DNA of 64,000 bases, taken from contig JBAYWF010000001.1 in assembly GCA_041674205.1 (NCBI GenBank), forward strand, positions 149,003 through 213,002, written 5' to 3'. Below the pieces are notes generated by a model, which worked only from the letters and a program-made list of their open reading frames with translations, searched no databases and was not told where the DNA came from. Made by a program: the position numbers and the translations under genes. Shown here in pieces: positions 47,007-57,066 of the stretch (position 1 is the first letter of the stretch; every line of letters starts with the position of its first letter). This DNA comes from Parcubacteria group bacterium. GTDB lineage: Bacteria > Patescibacteriota > Minisyncoccia > Moranbacterales > UBA2206.

Positions 47007-47519
47007 ATGAAAGAGTTCATCCAATCCAGGACATTTAAAATCATAGCGTCCGTCATCGGCGTATTTCTGATCGCGGTCGCCAGTTTCGGAACCGGCGTGG
47101 CGGTCGGTTTGCACAAAGCCAGGTTTTCATCCGACTTCGGCCGGAATTACGAACGCAATTTTATGGGCGGGCGCTTTGATGGCGTACCTGGGCCGATGGG
47201 CGGGCCTGGATTTTTTGACGGATCAAAATATCCGGATAAGATGATGCGCCAATTGGAAGGACGCGATTTGCGCAATGGCCATGGATTGGCCGGAACCGTC
47301 ATTTCCGTCATTGATAATAATATAATCGTCAAAGATAAGGACAATAAGGAAAGCACCGTGGCGGTCAACGATAAGACCTTGATCAAATCCCGCCAGGATG
47401 ATTTGAAAGTGGGCGATCTGAAAACGGATGACCAAATCGTAGTCATAGGGAGTCCCGATGACAACGGGGTTATAAATGCCAGCTTGATCCGGGTATTTAA
47501 TAATAATCAAACCAACTGA
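47007..47519 (+). CDS. membrane-anchored DUF5666-like (OB-fold) protein
   Basis: N-terminal TM; G.VISV, T.I, DLK..D.IVVIG, I.A..IRV. Confidence 0.6.
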   Translation: MKEFIQSRTFKIIASVIGVFLIAVASFGTGVAVGLHKARFSSDFGRNYERNFMGGRFDGVPGPMGGPGFFDGSKYPDKMMRQLEGRDLRNGHGLAGTVISVIDNNIIVKDKDNKESTVAVNDKTLIKSRQDDLKVGDLKTDDQIVVIGSPDDNGVINASLIRVFNNNQTN

Positions 47520-47520
47520 T

Positions 47521-48600
47521 ATGGTAAAAAAACATTATCTCTGGATTTTGGGCGCGCTTGTGATAGCCGGGGGAAGCTATTATTGGTATGTCAAAACGCA
47601 TCCGCAAACCGAAGCGGCGCAGTATAAGACGGCTACCGTGGAGAAAGGCTCTTTGATAAGTTCGGTTTCCGGCAGCGGACAGGCGGAAGCGGTAAGCCAG
47701 GTCGATTTGAAACCGGTCGTAGCCGGTGACGCGATCGATGTCATAAATGTCTATGTGAAGAATGAACAGCCGGTAAAGAAGGGTGAATTGATCGCCCTGT
47801 TGGATAATGAAGACGCGCAAAAAACCGTGCGGAATGCGAAGTTGAATCTGGAGAGCGCCAAGGCTAAATACACCCAAGCCAAAAGGGATTTCGATCACGA
47901 ATCTATAAATAGGCTCAGCTTGGATGGGCAACGGGTGTCTTTGGAACAAAGCAGGAATTCTTTAGCGGACGCGCAGGAAAAATTGAACGATTACTATATC
48001 CGGGCGCCGTTTGACGGGATAGTCACGGGACTCAGCGTCGAAGCCGGTGATTCGGTTTCCCGTTCGGATGTTTTGGCTTCGGTCATCACTAGGGATGTCC
48101 AAGCTAATGTTTCCATCAATGAAATCGATGCGGCCCAGGTGAAAGTCGGCAATAAGGTCATTGTAAAGATAAGCGCGCTTTCCGACGCGACGATTGCCGG
48201 AAAAGTGACCAAGATAGATACGATCGGCCAGATATCCCAGAATGTCGTTTCTTATGACGCCGTAATTTCTTTGGATAACCAAAACGAGCTGTTGAAGCCG
48301 GGAATGAGCGTTTCAGCTTCCGTCATCATAGGCGTCAAGCAGGATGTTATTACGGTGCCGAACAGCGCCATAAAAACGCAAAATGGCAGCAGTTATGTGG
48401 AAGTTTTGAATAGCGGTACGACCCCGCAACAAGTGCCGGTAGAAACCGGGTTGGCTAATAATTCCGATACGGAGATAATCAGCGGCTTGGCTGAAGGCGA
48501 CAAAGTGGTGACGCAGACCGTCAACCCGAGCGCGACCGGTACGGCGGCTACGGGAGGAAGCAGCAGCGTAAGATTGCCCGGATTGGGAGGATTGCATTAA
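47521..48600 (+). CDS. MacA-like membrane fusion (adaptor) protein
   Basis: VKKGELIA.LD, IRAPFDGIV, LKPGMS, VPNSAI, GLAEGDKV. Confidence 0.9.
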   Translation: MVKKHYLWILGALVIAGGSYYWYVKTHPQTEAAQYKTATVEKGSLISSVSGSGQAEAVSQVDLKPVVAGDAIDVINVYVKNEQPVKKGELIALLDNEDAQKTVRNAKLNLESAKAKYTQAKRDFDHESINRLSLDGQRVSLEQSRNSLADAQEKLNDYYIRAPFDGIVTGLSVEAGDSVSRSDVLASVITRDVQANVSINEIDAAQVKVGNKVIVKISALSDATIAGKVTKIDTIGQISQNVVSYDAVISLDNQNELLKPGMSVSASVIIGVKQDVITVPNSAIKTQNGSSYVEVLNSGTTPQQVPVETGLANNSDTEIISGLAEGDKVVTQTVNPSATGTAATGGSSSVRLPGLGGLH

Positions 48601-48615
48601 TCTTAAAAAAAATAA

Positions 48616-49308
48616 ATGATCGAATGCAGGAATTTGGTAAAAATTTATCGTAATGGCGATATGGAAACGATCGCCCTGAAGGGAGTCTCCCTTAAAATCG
48701 GAAAAGGCGAGTTCGTGTCGATCATCGGGCCGTCCGGTTCTGGAAAATCAACCTTGATGCATATTTTGGGCGCGCTTGATTCGCCGACTAGCGGAGAATA
48801 TTTTTTAGATGGTTCGGAAGTTTCCAAGCTTGGTGACGACGAATTGTCCGATATGCGGAGAAACAAAATCGGTTTCGTATTCCAAGCTTTCAATTTGTTG
48901 CCCCGGGCCACGGTTTTGCGCAATGTGATGCTGCCTCTGGTATATTCGAACATATCTTCCAAGGAGCGGGAAGAACGGGCCAGGGAATGTTTGCGTTATG
49001 CCGGGATGGAAGAAAGCAAATTCCACAACCTATCCAACCAATTATCCGGAGGACAGATGCAACGCGTAGCGATCGCGCGCGCTCTCATCAATAATCCCTC
49101 GATCATCCTGGCGGATGAACCGACGGGAAACTTGGATACGAAGACCAGCCAGATCGTTATGGAAACGTTGCGCGAGTTGAATGACAAGGGGCATACGATC
49201 ATAATCATCACCCATGAAAAAGAAATAGCCGATCTGACTGACCGCATAATTTCAGTGCGGGACGGGATAATCGAGTCGGATGCCGTCGTGGACCATAACC
49301 TAGCATAA
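48616..49308 (+). CDS. MacB/LolD-type ABC ATP-binding protein
   Basis: [33 protein letters not shown]. Confidence 0.95.
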   Translation: MIECRNLVKIYRNGDMETIALKGVSLKIGKGEFVSIIGPSGSGKSTLMHILGALDSPTSGEYFLDGSEVSKLGDDELSDMRRNKIGFVFQAFNLLPRATVLRNVMLPLVYSNISSKEREERARECLRYAGMEESKFHNLSNQLSGGQMQRVAIARALINNPSIILADEPTGNLDTKTSQIVMETLRELNDKGHTIIIITHEKEIADLTDRIISVRDGIIESDAVVDHNLA

Positions 49309-49361
49309 TAAAAAAATCCTGATTACTATCGCGGATCATCATCCGCTAATCGCAAAAAAAT

Positions 49362-50579
49362 ATGTTTGTAGATTTATTCAAGGAAACGCTCTGGTCACTG
49401 GCTGGCAACAAGGTCCGGTCCGGCTTGACGATGTTAGGCATCATAATAGGCATCGCTTCGGTGATCGCTTTGGTGGCGATCGGGCAGGGCGCGCAGAATT
49501 CGATCGAGGCCAATATCCAGGCGATCGGATCGAACTTGATCGTGGTTACGCCCGGAGCCCAAAAAAGCGGCAGCGGTTTGAGCGGCGGACGGGGCAGCGC
49601 GCAGACGCTGACTTTCGAAGATGCCAACGCGATCGCCGACGGGATAACCGATTTGAAGGGCGTGGCGCCGGAAGTTTCCCGGAGATATCAAGTGACAGCC
49701 AAAAGCAATAACACCAATACCCAAATTATCGGAACCGTGCCGGCCTATCCGGCAGTGCGCAATATCAGCGTCGATCTGGGAACGTTCATAACCGGACAGC
49801 AGGTCAAGACATCGGCCAAGGTCGCGGTTTTGGGTTCGACGGCGCGGGACGATCTGTTCGGTGCGGAAGTCGATCCGACCGGCAAGACGATCCGCATCCA
49901 GGATATCGATTTCGATGTCATCGGTGTGATGCTTTCCAAAGGCGGTTCGGGTTTTTCCAATCCGGACGACGCGATTTATATCCCGCTGACCTCCGCCCAA
50001 CATTTCCTCTCCGGCGATGATTACGTATCATCCATCAGCGTGGCGGCTGCGGATCAAAATTCCATCTCGTCCGCCCAACAACAGATCACTGACCTGTTGC
50101 TTGCGCGCCACAAAATTTCCGATCCGAACCAGGCGGATTTCAGTACTATAAACCAATCGGATATCGTAGCTACCGCTTCCAGTATCACGGGCACCTTTAC
50201 GATGCTGCTTTCTTCGATCGCCGGCATCTCGCTGGTGGTCGGCGGAATCGGGATTATGAATATGATGCTGACGACCGTTACGGAACGGACGCGTGAAATC
50301 GGTTTGCGCAAAGCGGTCGGCATCCGCAAAATTTACATCAATCTGCAATTTTTAGCTGAAGCTATCGTGCTGACTTTCTTGGGCGGGGCCGTGGGGATAG
50401 CGCTGGGCTGGGCCGCTTCTTTGATAATTTCCAATCTCATAAGCTTGCAGGCGGAAGTTTCATTGTCTTCGATCTTGTTAGCCTTCGGCGTCTCAGCCGG
50501 GGTGGGAATCATCTTCGGATTTTATCCTGCCCGCAAAGCGGCGGCGATGAGTCCGATCGAGGCATTGCGGTATGAATAA
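49362..50579 (+). CDS. MacB-type ABC permease
   Basis: RSGLTMLGIIIG, GGIGIMNMML..VTERTREIG, PIEALRYE. Confidence 0.95.
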   Translation: MFVDLFKETLWSLAGNKVRSGLTMLGIIIGIASVIALVAIGQGAQNSIEANIQAIGSNLIVVTPGAQKSGSGLSGGRGSAQTLTFEDANAIADGITDLKGVAPEVSRRYQVTAKSNNTNTQIIGTVPAYPAVRNISVDLGTFITGQQVKTSAKVAVLGSTARDDLFGAEVDPTGKTIRIQDIDFDVIGVMLSKGGSGFSNPDDAIYIPLTSAQHFLSGDDYVSSISVAAADQNSISSAQQQITDLLLARHKISDPNQADFSTINQSDIVATASSITGTFTMLLSSIAGISLVVGGIGIMNMMLTTVTERTREIGLRKAVGIRKIYINLQFLAEAIVLTFLGGAVGIALGWAASLIISNLISLQAEVSLSSILLAFGVSAGVGIIFGFYPARKAAAMSPIEALRYE

Positions 50580-50598
50580 TTTTTTAAATTTAACAAAT

Positions 50599-51048
50599 AT
50601 GGACAACAAAAAAATAATCACCATCGCGATCGTGGCTGTCATCGCGGTCGGAGCGGGAGCGTTTTATGGCGGAACCGCCTATGAAAAAAACAGTCTTTCC
50701 TCCCAGGGCTTGTTGCGTAACTCTAATCCTTCGCAATTCGGCAACCGCGGAGGACAACAGCCGGGGCAGCCTAGGCAAAGCGGGGCGATGGGATCTAATG
50801 GTACAGGCCGGGGAGGGGACCTCGTGACAGGACAGATCATATCCAAGGATGACAAAAGCATTACCGTCAAATCCCAGGACGGGAGTTCCAAGATAGTTTT
50901 TTTCTCCGATTCGACGGCTATCGGCAAAGCTACCCAGGGTTCATCCGCCGATTTGGCCGTTGGTGAAAACGTATTGGCTAATGGCAAGAGCAGCGCGGAC
51001 GGCAGCTTGAGCGCGCAAAACATCCAAATCAGGCCGGCTACGAATTGA
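50599..51048 (+). CDS. membrane-anchored DUF5666-like protein
   Basis: TM, Gly/Gln-rich linker, G.II..DD.SITV, DLAVG..V...G, A.NIQI. Confidence 0.6.
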   Translation: MDNKKIITIAIVAVIAVGAGAFYGGTAYEKNSLSSQGLLRNSNPSQFGNRGGQQPGQPRQSGAMGSNGTGRGGDLVTGQIISKDDKSITVKSQDGSSKIVFFSDSTAIGKATQGSSADLAVGENVLANGKSSADGSLSAQNIQIRPATN

Positions 51049-51059
51049 TCCGGATAAAA

Positions 51060-51093
51060 ATGATGCGGCGCAAAACGGCCGCATCATTTTTTT
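51060..51093 (+). terminator. intrinsic terminator
   Basis: ATGATGCGGC/GCCGCATCAT plus T tract. Confidence 0.8.
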
Positions 51094-51151
51094 ATGGCAT
51101 TAGACACTGATTTTAAGAAAAGCTATTATGTATGTAGGTTAATTCCGATAT

Positions 51152-51760
51152 ATGCTTATTGATTTTACGAATTTCCAACAGGCATCCGACTGGGCTATGG
51201 GCCATAGTTATTTTTTTATTTTCCTGATTATGTGTGCGGAAGGACCGATAACCACGGCGGCCGCCGGATTCGCTGCGGCGTTGGGTTATTTCAATCCCTG
51301 GGCGATTTTAGCGATTTCTGTTTTGGGCGATTTGGTGCCGGACTCGATTTACTATCTTTTCGGTTATTTGAGCCGTCTGACTCTGATAGAAAAAATAGGT
51401 TTCCGCTTGGGGCTGACGCAAAGCAGAATAGATAGTCTTGAGGATAAGCTTAAAAAACATTTTGGGAAATCGATGGTTATTTTAAAACTTACTCCGGTAT
51501 TGCCCACTTTCGGTTTTATGCTGGTAGGTTATTTGAAATTATCATTCATAGCGTTCACTAAATTCTCAGCGGCCGTAACCGTGCCTAAGTCCATCCTTTT
51601 TCTGGCATTGGGTTATTTTTTCGGCCGGCTCTATGATATCAACCAATATTTGCATTATGCCGAAATATTTTTCCCAGCGGTCATCGCGGGCGGTATGGTT
51701 GTTTTCGCTATTTATAAAAAAATGATAAACGCGGTCGCTAAAAAAATAGAAAAATTATGA
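51152..51760 (+). CDS. DedA/VTT-family membrane protein
   Basis: EGP, LGDLVPDSIYYLFG, K.TP, LGYFFG. Confidence 0.85.
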   Translation: MLIDFTNFQQASDWAMGHSYFFIFLIMCAEGPITTAAAGFAAALGYFNPWAILAISVLGDLVPDSIYYLFGYLSRLTLIEKIGFRLGLTQSRIDSLEDKLKKHFGKSMVILKLTPVLPTFGFMLVGYLKLSFIAFTKFSAAVTVPKSILFLALGYFFGRLYDINQYLHYAEIFFPAVIAGGMVVFAIYKKMINAVAKKIEKL

Positions 51761-52944
51761 AAATAGCGATGTTTTCCGACAATTTTTATCCTGAAATCAG
51801 CGGCATTTCCGATTCGATAATCGCGACAGGGAAGGAGCTAGGAAAACTGGGGCACGAGGTGGCTTTTTTCGTACCGAGCTATTCAAAAAAAAATTATCTT
51901 AGAGTTGGAATCCCGTCAAAGCGGGAAATCGATTTGGGCCATAGCATCGAAGTCCATCGGCTTTTCTCTTTGCCATATCCGGCGCCTACCCAGCAAGCCA
52001 GAATGGTGATTCCGACCGGTTCGTGCCTATTGAAAATCAGGGATTTCAAACCGGACATTATCCATTCGCAGCTTTTCTTCGGTGCCGGGCTGGAAGCTTT
52101 GTTGGCCGCTAAAATTTTCAAGGTTCCGTTCGTCGGCACCAATCATACCGCGATTACGGAGTTCGTCAGATATGCCCCCATAAAGGCCAGGTGGTTGGAA
52201 AAACTCAGCCTGGATTATGTCAATTGGTACTATGGAGAATGTGAAATTACCAGCGCTCCATCCGGATCGGTTTTCGCAGAAATGGAAAAAAGCGGTTTCA
52301 AAGGCGTGCGCAAAGTGGTTTCCAATCCGGTGGATATGGAAGCTTTCAACGTCGTCGCGGATTATGACAAGGATGGGTTGAAAAGAAAGTTCAATTTGAG
52401 CGGCAACGCGGTGGTTTACGCCGGCCGGTTCGCGCCGGAAAAAAACATCGATATCATAGTGCGCGCCATAGCGCTGGCAAAAGGACAAATCCCGGATATT
52501 ACATTGGCGATGGCTGGACATGGCGCATCTTTTGATGATATAAAAAAGCTAGTAACTGATTTAGGGATAGAGGAGAACGTCAGATTTGTCGGTACGTTGA
52601 ATCGTTTCGAGCTGGCTGATTTGTACCGGGCTTCGGAAGTTTTTGCCATCACCAGCACTTCCGAAACGCAAAGTATGACGCTTATCCAAGCAATGGCTTG
52701 CGGTTTGCCGGCGGTCGGAGTGAGGGCGCGGGCCTTGCCGGAATATATCGAGGGCAACGGGCTCTTGGTGGATCCGGGCGATTCAGAATCGCTGGCGGAA
52801 AAAATAGTCGAGCTGCTGCGTAACCATAAGTTGAGAGGTGAATTGTCGGAAAAATCCCTTGGATCAGTGCAAAAATTTTCGGATAGGAATGTCGCCTTGC
52901 AATGGGAAGGGATTTATAAAAAAGTATTAAATGAACGCAAATGA
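51757..52944 (+). CDS. GT4 glycosyltransferase, diacylglycerol glucosyltransferase-like
   Basis: MKIAMFSDNFYPEISGI, TNHT, GRFAPEKN, STSETQSM...AMACGLP. Confidence 0.85.
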   Translation: MKIAMFSDNFYPEISGISDSIIATGKELGKLGHEVAFFVPSYSKKNYLRVGIPSKREIDLGHSIEVHRLFSLPYPAPTQQARMVIPTGSCLLKIRDFKPDIIHSQLFFGAGLEALLAAKIFKVPFVGTNHTAITEFVRYAPIKARWLEKLSLDYVNWYYGECEITSAPSGSVFAEMEKSGFKGVRKVVSNPVDMEAFNVVADYDKDGLKRKFNLSGNAVVYAGRFAPEKNIDIIVRAIALAKGQIPDITLAMAGHGASFDDIKKLVTDLGIEENVRFVGTLNRFELADLYRASEVFAITSTSETQSMTLIQAMACGLPAVGVRARALPEYIEGNGLLVDPGDSESLAEKIVELLRNHKLRGELSEKSLGSVQKFSDRNVALQWEGIYKKVLNERK

Positions 52945-53681
52945 AACTGAGTATAATCATACCGGCTTACAATGAAGAGAATTATATCGGGGAATGTTTG
53001 GAATCAATCCAATCTGAAATGGAGGGAAAGACTTATGCCGTTGAAACCATAGTGGTGGACAATGCCAGCACTGACAAGACTGCGGAAACGGCGCGTGCTT
53101 TTCCGGGGGTGAAGGTCGTATATGAGCCGGCCAAAGGATTGACCAGCGCGAGGCGGGCCGGCTATTTGGCGTCCGTCGGCGATTTGGTCGCCAATATCGA
53201 TGCCGACACGAAGCTTCCGGCAGGCTGGATCGACAAGGTTTTCAGCGAGTTTTCCCACAATGGCAAGCTTGTCGCTTTAAGCGGCCCATATATCTATTAT
53301 GATCTTTCGTATCTGCAACGTGGCGCCGTGAAATTTTTTTATTTTTTAGGCTATCTGACGCATATAATCAACCATAAGATTTTGAAAAAAGGGGCGATGC
53401 TCCAAGGAGGAAATTTCATCATCAGAAGATCGGCGTTGGAACGGATCCATGGGTATAATACAAAAATAGATTTTTACGGGGAAGATACGGATGTGGCAAG
53501 AAGGATACAGAAGGTGGGAGAGGTGAAATTCACTTTCGATCTGCCGATGTATACGTCCGGCCGGCGTTTGCGCGCGGAAGGCATCCTAACGATGGCCGTG
53601 CGTTATTTAATCAATTATTTTTGGGTGCTGGTTTTTAAAAAACCATTTACAAAAAAATACAAAGACATAAGAAATGCATAA
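52941..53681 (+). CDS. GT2 glycosyltransferase
   Basis: IIPAYNEE, VDNASTD, IDAD, GEDTD, TSGRR. Confidence 0.9.
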   Translation: MKLSIIIPAYNEENYIGECLESIQSEMEGKTYAVETIVVDNASTDKTAETARAFPGVKVVYEPAKGLTSARRAGYLASVGDLVANIDADTKLPAGWIDKVFSEFSHNGKLVALSGPYIYYDLSYLQRGAVKFFYFLGYLTHIINHKILKKGAMLQGGNFIIRRSALERIHGYNTKIDFYGEDTDVARRIQKVGEVKFTFDLPMYTSGRRLRAEGILTMAVRYLINYFWVLVFKKPFTKKYKDIRNA

Positions 53682-54327
53682 TATAAAAAACATATTTTTA
53701 AAGCATAGGAATTTGTGGAAGAATAAAGAATTTTTGAATTCAGTCTCGACGAGTTTTTTGTTCGTAGCTACCAGCCTGCTGCTGAACCATTTTACGAGCA
53801 TATATGCGACTGGGAGGGCCGGAAACGCGGTGGAGGATATTTTCCTGAGTAATTTGCCGGTATTCAATGTCGATTTGATCGTGAATGAAGGGACTCTCGC
53901 GTTCGTTTTTTTCGTCGCTTGGATGCTTTTTTTAGAGCCGAAAAAAATCCCTTTCACTTTGAAAAGCGTGGCGCTATTATACATAGTCCGTTCGATTTTT
54001 GTGACTATGACCCATTTGGGACCGTTTCCGGAGCGGTCATATCTGGACCCGAACGATTTGCTGTATTCTTTCAATATCGGAGGCGACTATTTTTTCTCAG
54101 GCCATACCAGCTTTCCTTTTTTGGTCGCTTTGGTGTTCTGGGAAAATAAGCGGATCAGATGGATAGCCCTAGGCACTTCAATCATTTTCGGCACGAGTGT
54201 GATCCTGGGCCATCTGCACTATTCAATCGATGTTTTCTCGGCTTTCTTCATTTCCTACGGGGTGTATCATCTGGCGCAGAAATTCTTTGCTAAAGATTTC
54301 GAGATATTCCATCGGGAAGAGAAATAA
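53674..54327 (+). CDS. PAP2/sphingomyelin-synthase-like membrane enzyme
   Basis: DYFFSGHT and HYSIDV catalytic motifs; ~6 TM. Confidence 0.8.
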   Translation: MHNIKNIFLKHRNLWKNKEFLNSVSTSFLFVATSLLLNHFTSIYATGRAGNAVEDIFLSNLPVFNVDLIVNEGTLAFVFFVAWMLFLEPKKIPFTLKSVALLYIVRSIFVTMTHLGPFPERSYLDPNDLLYSFNIGGDYFFSGHTSFPFLVALVFWENKRIRWIALGTSIIFGTSVILGHLHYSIDVFSAFFISYGVYHLAQKFFAKDFEIFHREEK

Positions 54328-54377
54328 TCCTTCAAGCGAAGCGGTATGAATTTATAAGCGGGATAATTTATAACCGT

Positions 54378-55088
54378 ATGCGATCAATCCATAAGATGTG
54401 GGCGATTATCATGGTTATCGGCTTGGGAGCCGGACTTTTTTGGGTGAGGAATTTTTACAATCGAAGTCCTGGCACTGTCCCTTCCGGCAATCAATCGCAA
54501 AGCGCGGATACTAATATGTCAGCCGATCAGAATAATGGCGCCAGCGCGCCAGCAAGGCAAGATGTGAATCCGCAAAACCCATATGGTTTCCAGTCGCCAT
54601 TGGATAGGGCTGGGGAGCGGGTCACTAAAAAACCGTTCGGGATATTCATCACTCCGCAAAATTCACCGGTCCAGCCGGAGAAATTCCGCGGCTACCATAC
54701 CGGTGCGGATTTTGAAATCTTCCCGGAAGAATTGAATTTGGACGTTCCGGTGCGCGCGGTATGTCCAGGACGACTGAAAGTCAAAAAATACGCCGACGGT
54801 TATGGCGGAGTGGTTGTTGAAAGTTGCAGTTTGGACGGACAGCTGATTACAGTGGTTTATGGCCACCTTAGGTTGGCAAGCGTGGATTTGGCGGTCGGAT
54901 CCGATTTGAAGGCCGGAGACGTCATCGGGGTTTTGGGAAACGCCTACAGTTCTGAGACCAGCGGGGAGCGCAAGCACCTGCATTTGGGATTCCATAAGGG
55001 ATCCGGCATGAATATTTTGGGTTATGTGCAAAACCAATCGGAGCTTTCGGGTTGGATCGATCCATGCTTGTATGTTTGCCATAATTGA
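54378..55088 (+). CDS. M23 metallopeptidase
   Basis: HTGAD, YGHL, HLH; N-terminal TM. Confidence 0.9.
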   Translation: MRSIHKMWAIIMVIGLGAGLFWVRNFYNRSPGTVPSGNQSQSADTNMSADQNNGASAPARQDVNPQNPYGFQSPLDRAGERVTKKPFGIFITPQNSPVQPEKFRGYHTGADFEIFPEELNLDVPVRAVCPGRLKVKKYADGYGGVVVESCSLDGQLITVVYGHLRLASVDLAVGSDLKAGDVIGVLGNAYSSETSGERKHLHLGFHKGSGMNILGYVQNQSELSGWIDPCLYVCHN

Positions 55089-55178
55089 AAGACAAAAACC
55101 AACAAACCGTCCCTGGTTCAAGCCGGTTTATCGGTCAATATGTAGTTTTGGATTATTAAGCAGGAAAGAACTTGGGTT

Positions 55179-55499
55179 TTAAGACTTATTTTTCACTTTC
55201 AGGGCGCTCATCGTCTTACCGGAAATTTTTCCAGTAGCTTTAACTACGTCATCGCTCCGGATGTCGGTGATTTTTATCGCTTTTCCGGTCTTGCTTAGAA
55301 GATCGGTGTCCGGGTTTATCTTGACCGTGTAGGTCGTCTTCTTGGTTTTCAAGCTGAATGATCCGTTTGAAACCGAAATCACCGTGCCTGATATGACGCT
55401 GCTATATTTGCTGGTTTTGGCGCCGGCTTCGGTAGCTATGCCTGAAATAAGCATCGCGACCGCCAAGGTGGAGAATATTAATTTTTTTGAATTTTGCAT
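55179..55499 (-). CDS. small secreted DUF5666-like protein
   Basis: Signal peptide; GTVISV, DI...D.V...G. Confidence 0.6.
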   Translation of the reverse strand: MQNSKKLIFSTLAVAMLISGIATEAGAKTSKYSSVISGTVISVSNGSFSLKTKKTTYTVKINPDTDLLSKTGKAIKITDIRSDDVVKATGKISGKTMSALKVKNKS

Positions 55500-55947
55500 A
55501 GTGTCCGTTTAATTTTTAAAGTCTATTTGGTTTTGTCTGCAGCCCTTTCCGTTTAGCTGGCAATTTATTGCGATGTTTTTCAAATTTTGAAAAACCTTAT
55601 GGATAAATCGGAAATTGGAACCATCTTTCTGATTTCCGTGGCTGTCGCGCGAATAAGGCCTTTTTTCTTGCCTGATATATATTTTCTGGCGTATGGTCGG
55701 GCGAATAGCGCTTGTCACAGCGGATTTTCCCCGGCCTGCTTATTTAATAAAAAAAGAAAAATTATAGGCAAAAAATCGTACTATGCGCACGCATAATAAA
55801 TACAACAGGCGGGATAGTTTATTGCAAAAAAACATCCTGCGTCCGCTCTTTGGCTTAAACGCGGGCATAGGTGGGATGCTTCTCTTGAGGTGGGTAGTAT
55901 GCTAAAATAAAATAAGATTTTTTAATATTTTTAAGCTGTATATTTTT

Positions 55948-56325
55948 ATGCAAGACATGCAAACCGTATTCAATGAGATCCGCGAAATGAAGAAGGAGAT
56001 GAAGGGGATCCGCGAAATGTATAAGGACGCGTTGGCCCAGACGGATGATTACTCCGAAATCGTGGAAAAGGCCAAGGAATTGCGCGACAAGAAAAAACAG
56101 ATCGAAACCCGGGTGCAAAACGCGATGGGCAAATCCTATGAGAAATATGAAGATTTGAAGAGCGAAGTGGCTGCCAACGAGGAACTGTTGAACGATATCG
56201 CGATGACGACTTTGATGGACGGCAAGACCGTCGAAGTGGTGGATGAGTTCAGTAATAAATATGAGCCTACGTATGTAGTACGTTTCAAGAAGACCAATGA
56301 AATCAAAACTGAGGAAAATAAATAA
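55948..56325 (+). CDS. hypothetical coiled-coil protein
   Basis: Helical charged 125-aa ORF ending YEP.Y.VRFKK; resembles a family I associate with CPR genomes. Confidence 0.75.
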   Translation: MQDMQTVFNEIREMKKEMKGIREMYKDALAQTDDYSEIVEKAKELRDKKKQIETRVQNAMGKSYEKYEDLKSEVAANEELLNDIAMTTLMDGKTVEVVDEFSNKYEPTYVVRFKKTNEIKTEENK

Positions 56326-56341
56326 ATAATTTTTCAAAAAT

Positions 56342-56539
56342 ATGGTAAAAAATGAAAGCGGCATTGACCGGATCGTCCGGGCGATCGCGGGAATCGCGTT
56401 GGTTGCGGCAGCTTTCCTGTTGGACGCCAATAGGTTTACCGTAGCTTTCTATGTGGTGGGCGTGGTTTTGATCATAACCGCCATTACCGGCTTCTGTGCC
56501 TTGTACAAGGTTTTCGGGATCGACACAAGCAAGAGATAA
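56342..56539 (+). CDS. DUF2892 (YgaP-like) membrane protein
   Basis: KNESGIDRIVR, GFCALYKVFGIDT. Confidence 0.88.
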   Translation: MVKNESGIDRIVRAIAGIALVAAAFLLDANRFTVAFYVVGVVLIITAITGFCALYKVFGIDTSKR

Positions 56540-56552
56540 CTGCCGGGAAATG

Positions 56553-56584
56553 AAAAAGACGGGCCAGTGAGGTCCGTCTTTTTT
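56553..56584 (+). terminator. intrinsic terminator
   Basis: AAAAGACGGGC/GTCCGTCTTTT plus T tract. Confidence 0.75.
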
Positions 56585-56616
56585 GATTTTCCCCGGTTCC
56601 GTGGTAGAGTGTGTAT

Positions 56617-56894
56617 GGCAAGCACCGCGATCCGCTACGCGTAGCGGTCCAGCTGGCTGGCGTTCTCCCATCAAGATGGGTTTCTCGAGGAATGTTGGTG
56701 TGTCCATAGGGCCGAAAAAATCCAACGGATTTCCTTGAGGCGGTTAGGACGCCTAATGCACGGTCACCGACGTTATGCCCGGCGTCTTTTGGCCCCGGCA
56801 CAATATGGGCTTATTGAGGATCGGGTGGATATCGTCCGCCTTCCAACCGGAAGCAGCCTTAATGCTCTTCCCGGTTCCGATCCTCAATTTTTTT
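56617..56894 (+). ncRNA. candidate structured ncRNA of unknown class
   Basis: Upstream TTGATT-N16-TAGAGT with TG; at least eight helices including a crossing pair; closing 12-bp stem plus T tract; no convincing ORF. Confidence 0.55.
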
Positions 56895-56895
56895 A

Positions 56896-56924
56896 TTGAC
56901 AAATCCCGCCCGGAGGAGTATGAT
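56896..56924 (+). promoter_or_regulatory. sigma70 promoter of typA
   Basis: TTGACA-N17-TATGAT. Confidence 0.8.
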
Positions 56925-57066
56925 TTCCGAAGTGGATTAACTCGTTTCTGCTGGCTAACGGCAGTTTTTTAATTCCTACGGAAGTACAAATTATTACAAA
57001 AGTACGAAAAATTTTGTAAATTCGTGTTTTTGTAAATATTTGTAATTTTGTAGATACATAAATTTT

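Noticed and set aside
56617-56894. RNase P, tmRNA, 6S or SRP identity for the structured RNA
   Set aside because: Fragments resemble them (GAGGAA..GT, ACAATATGGGCTTAT, GGAAGCAGCC, GGGCCGAAAA), but there is no proper P4, no TpsiC arm or CCA end, no 6S rod and no SRP helix 8. Left unassigned.
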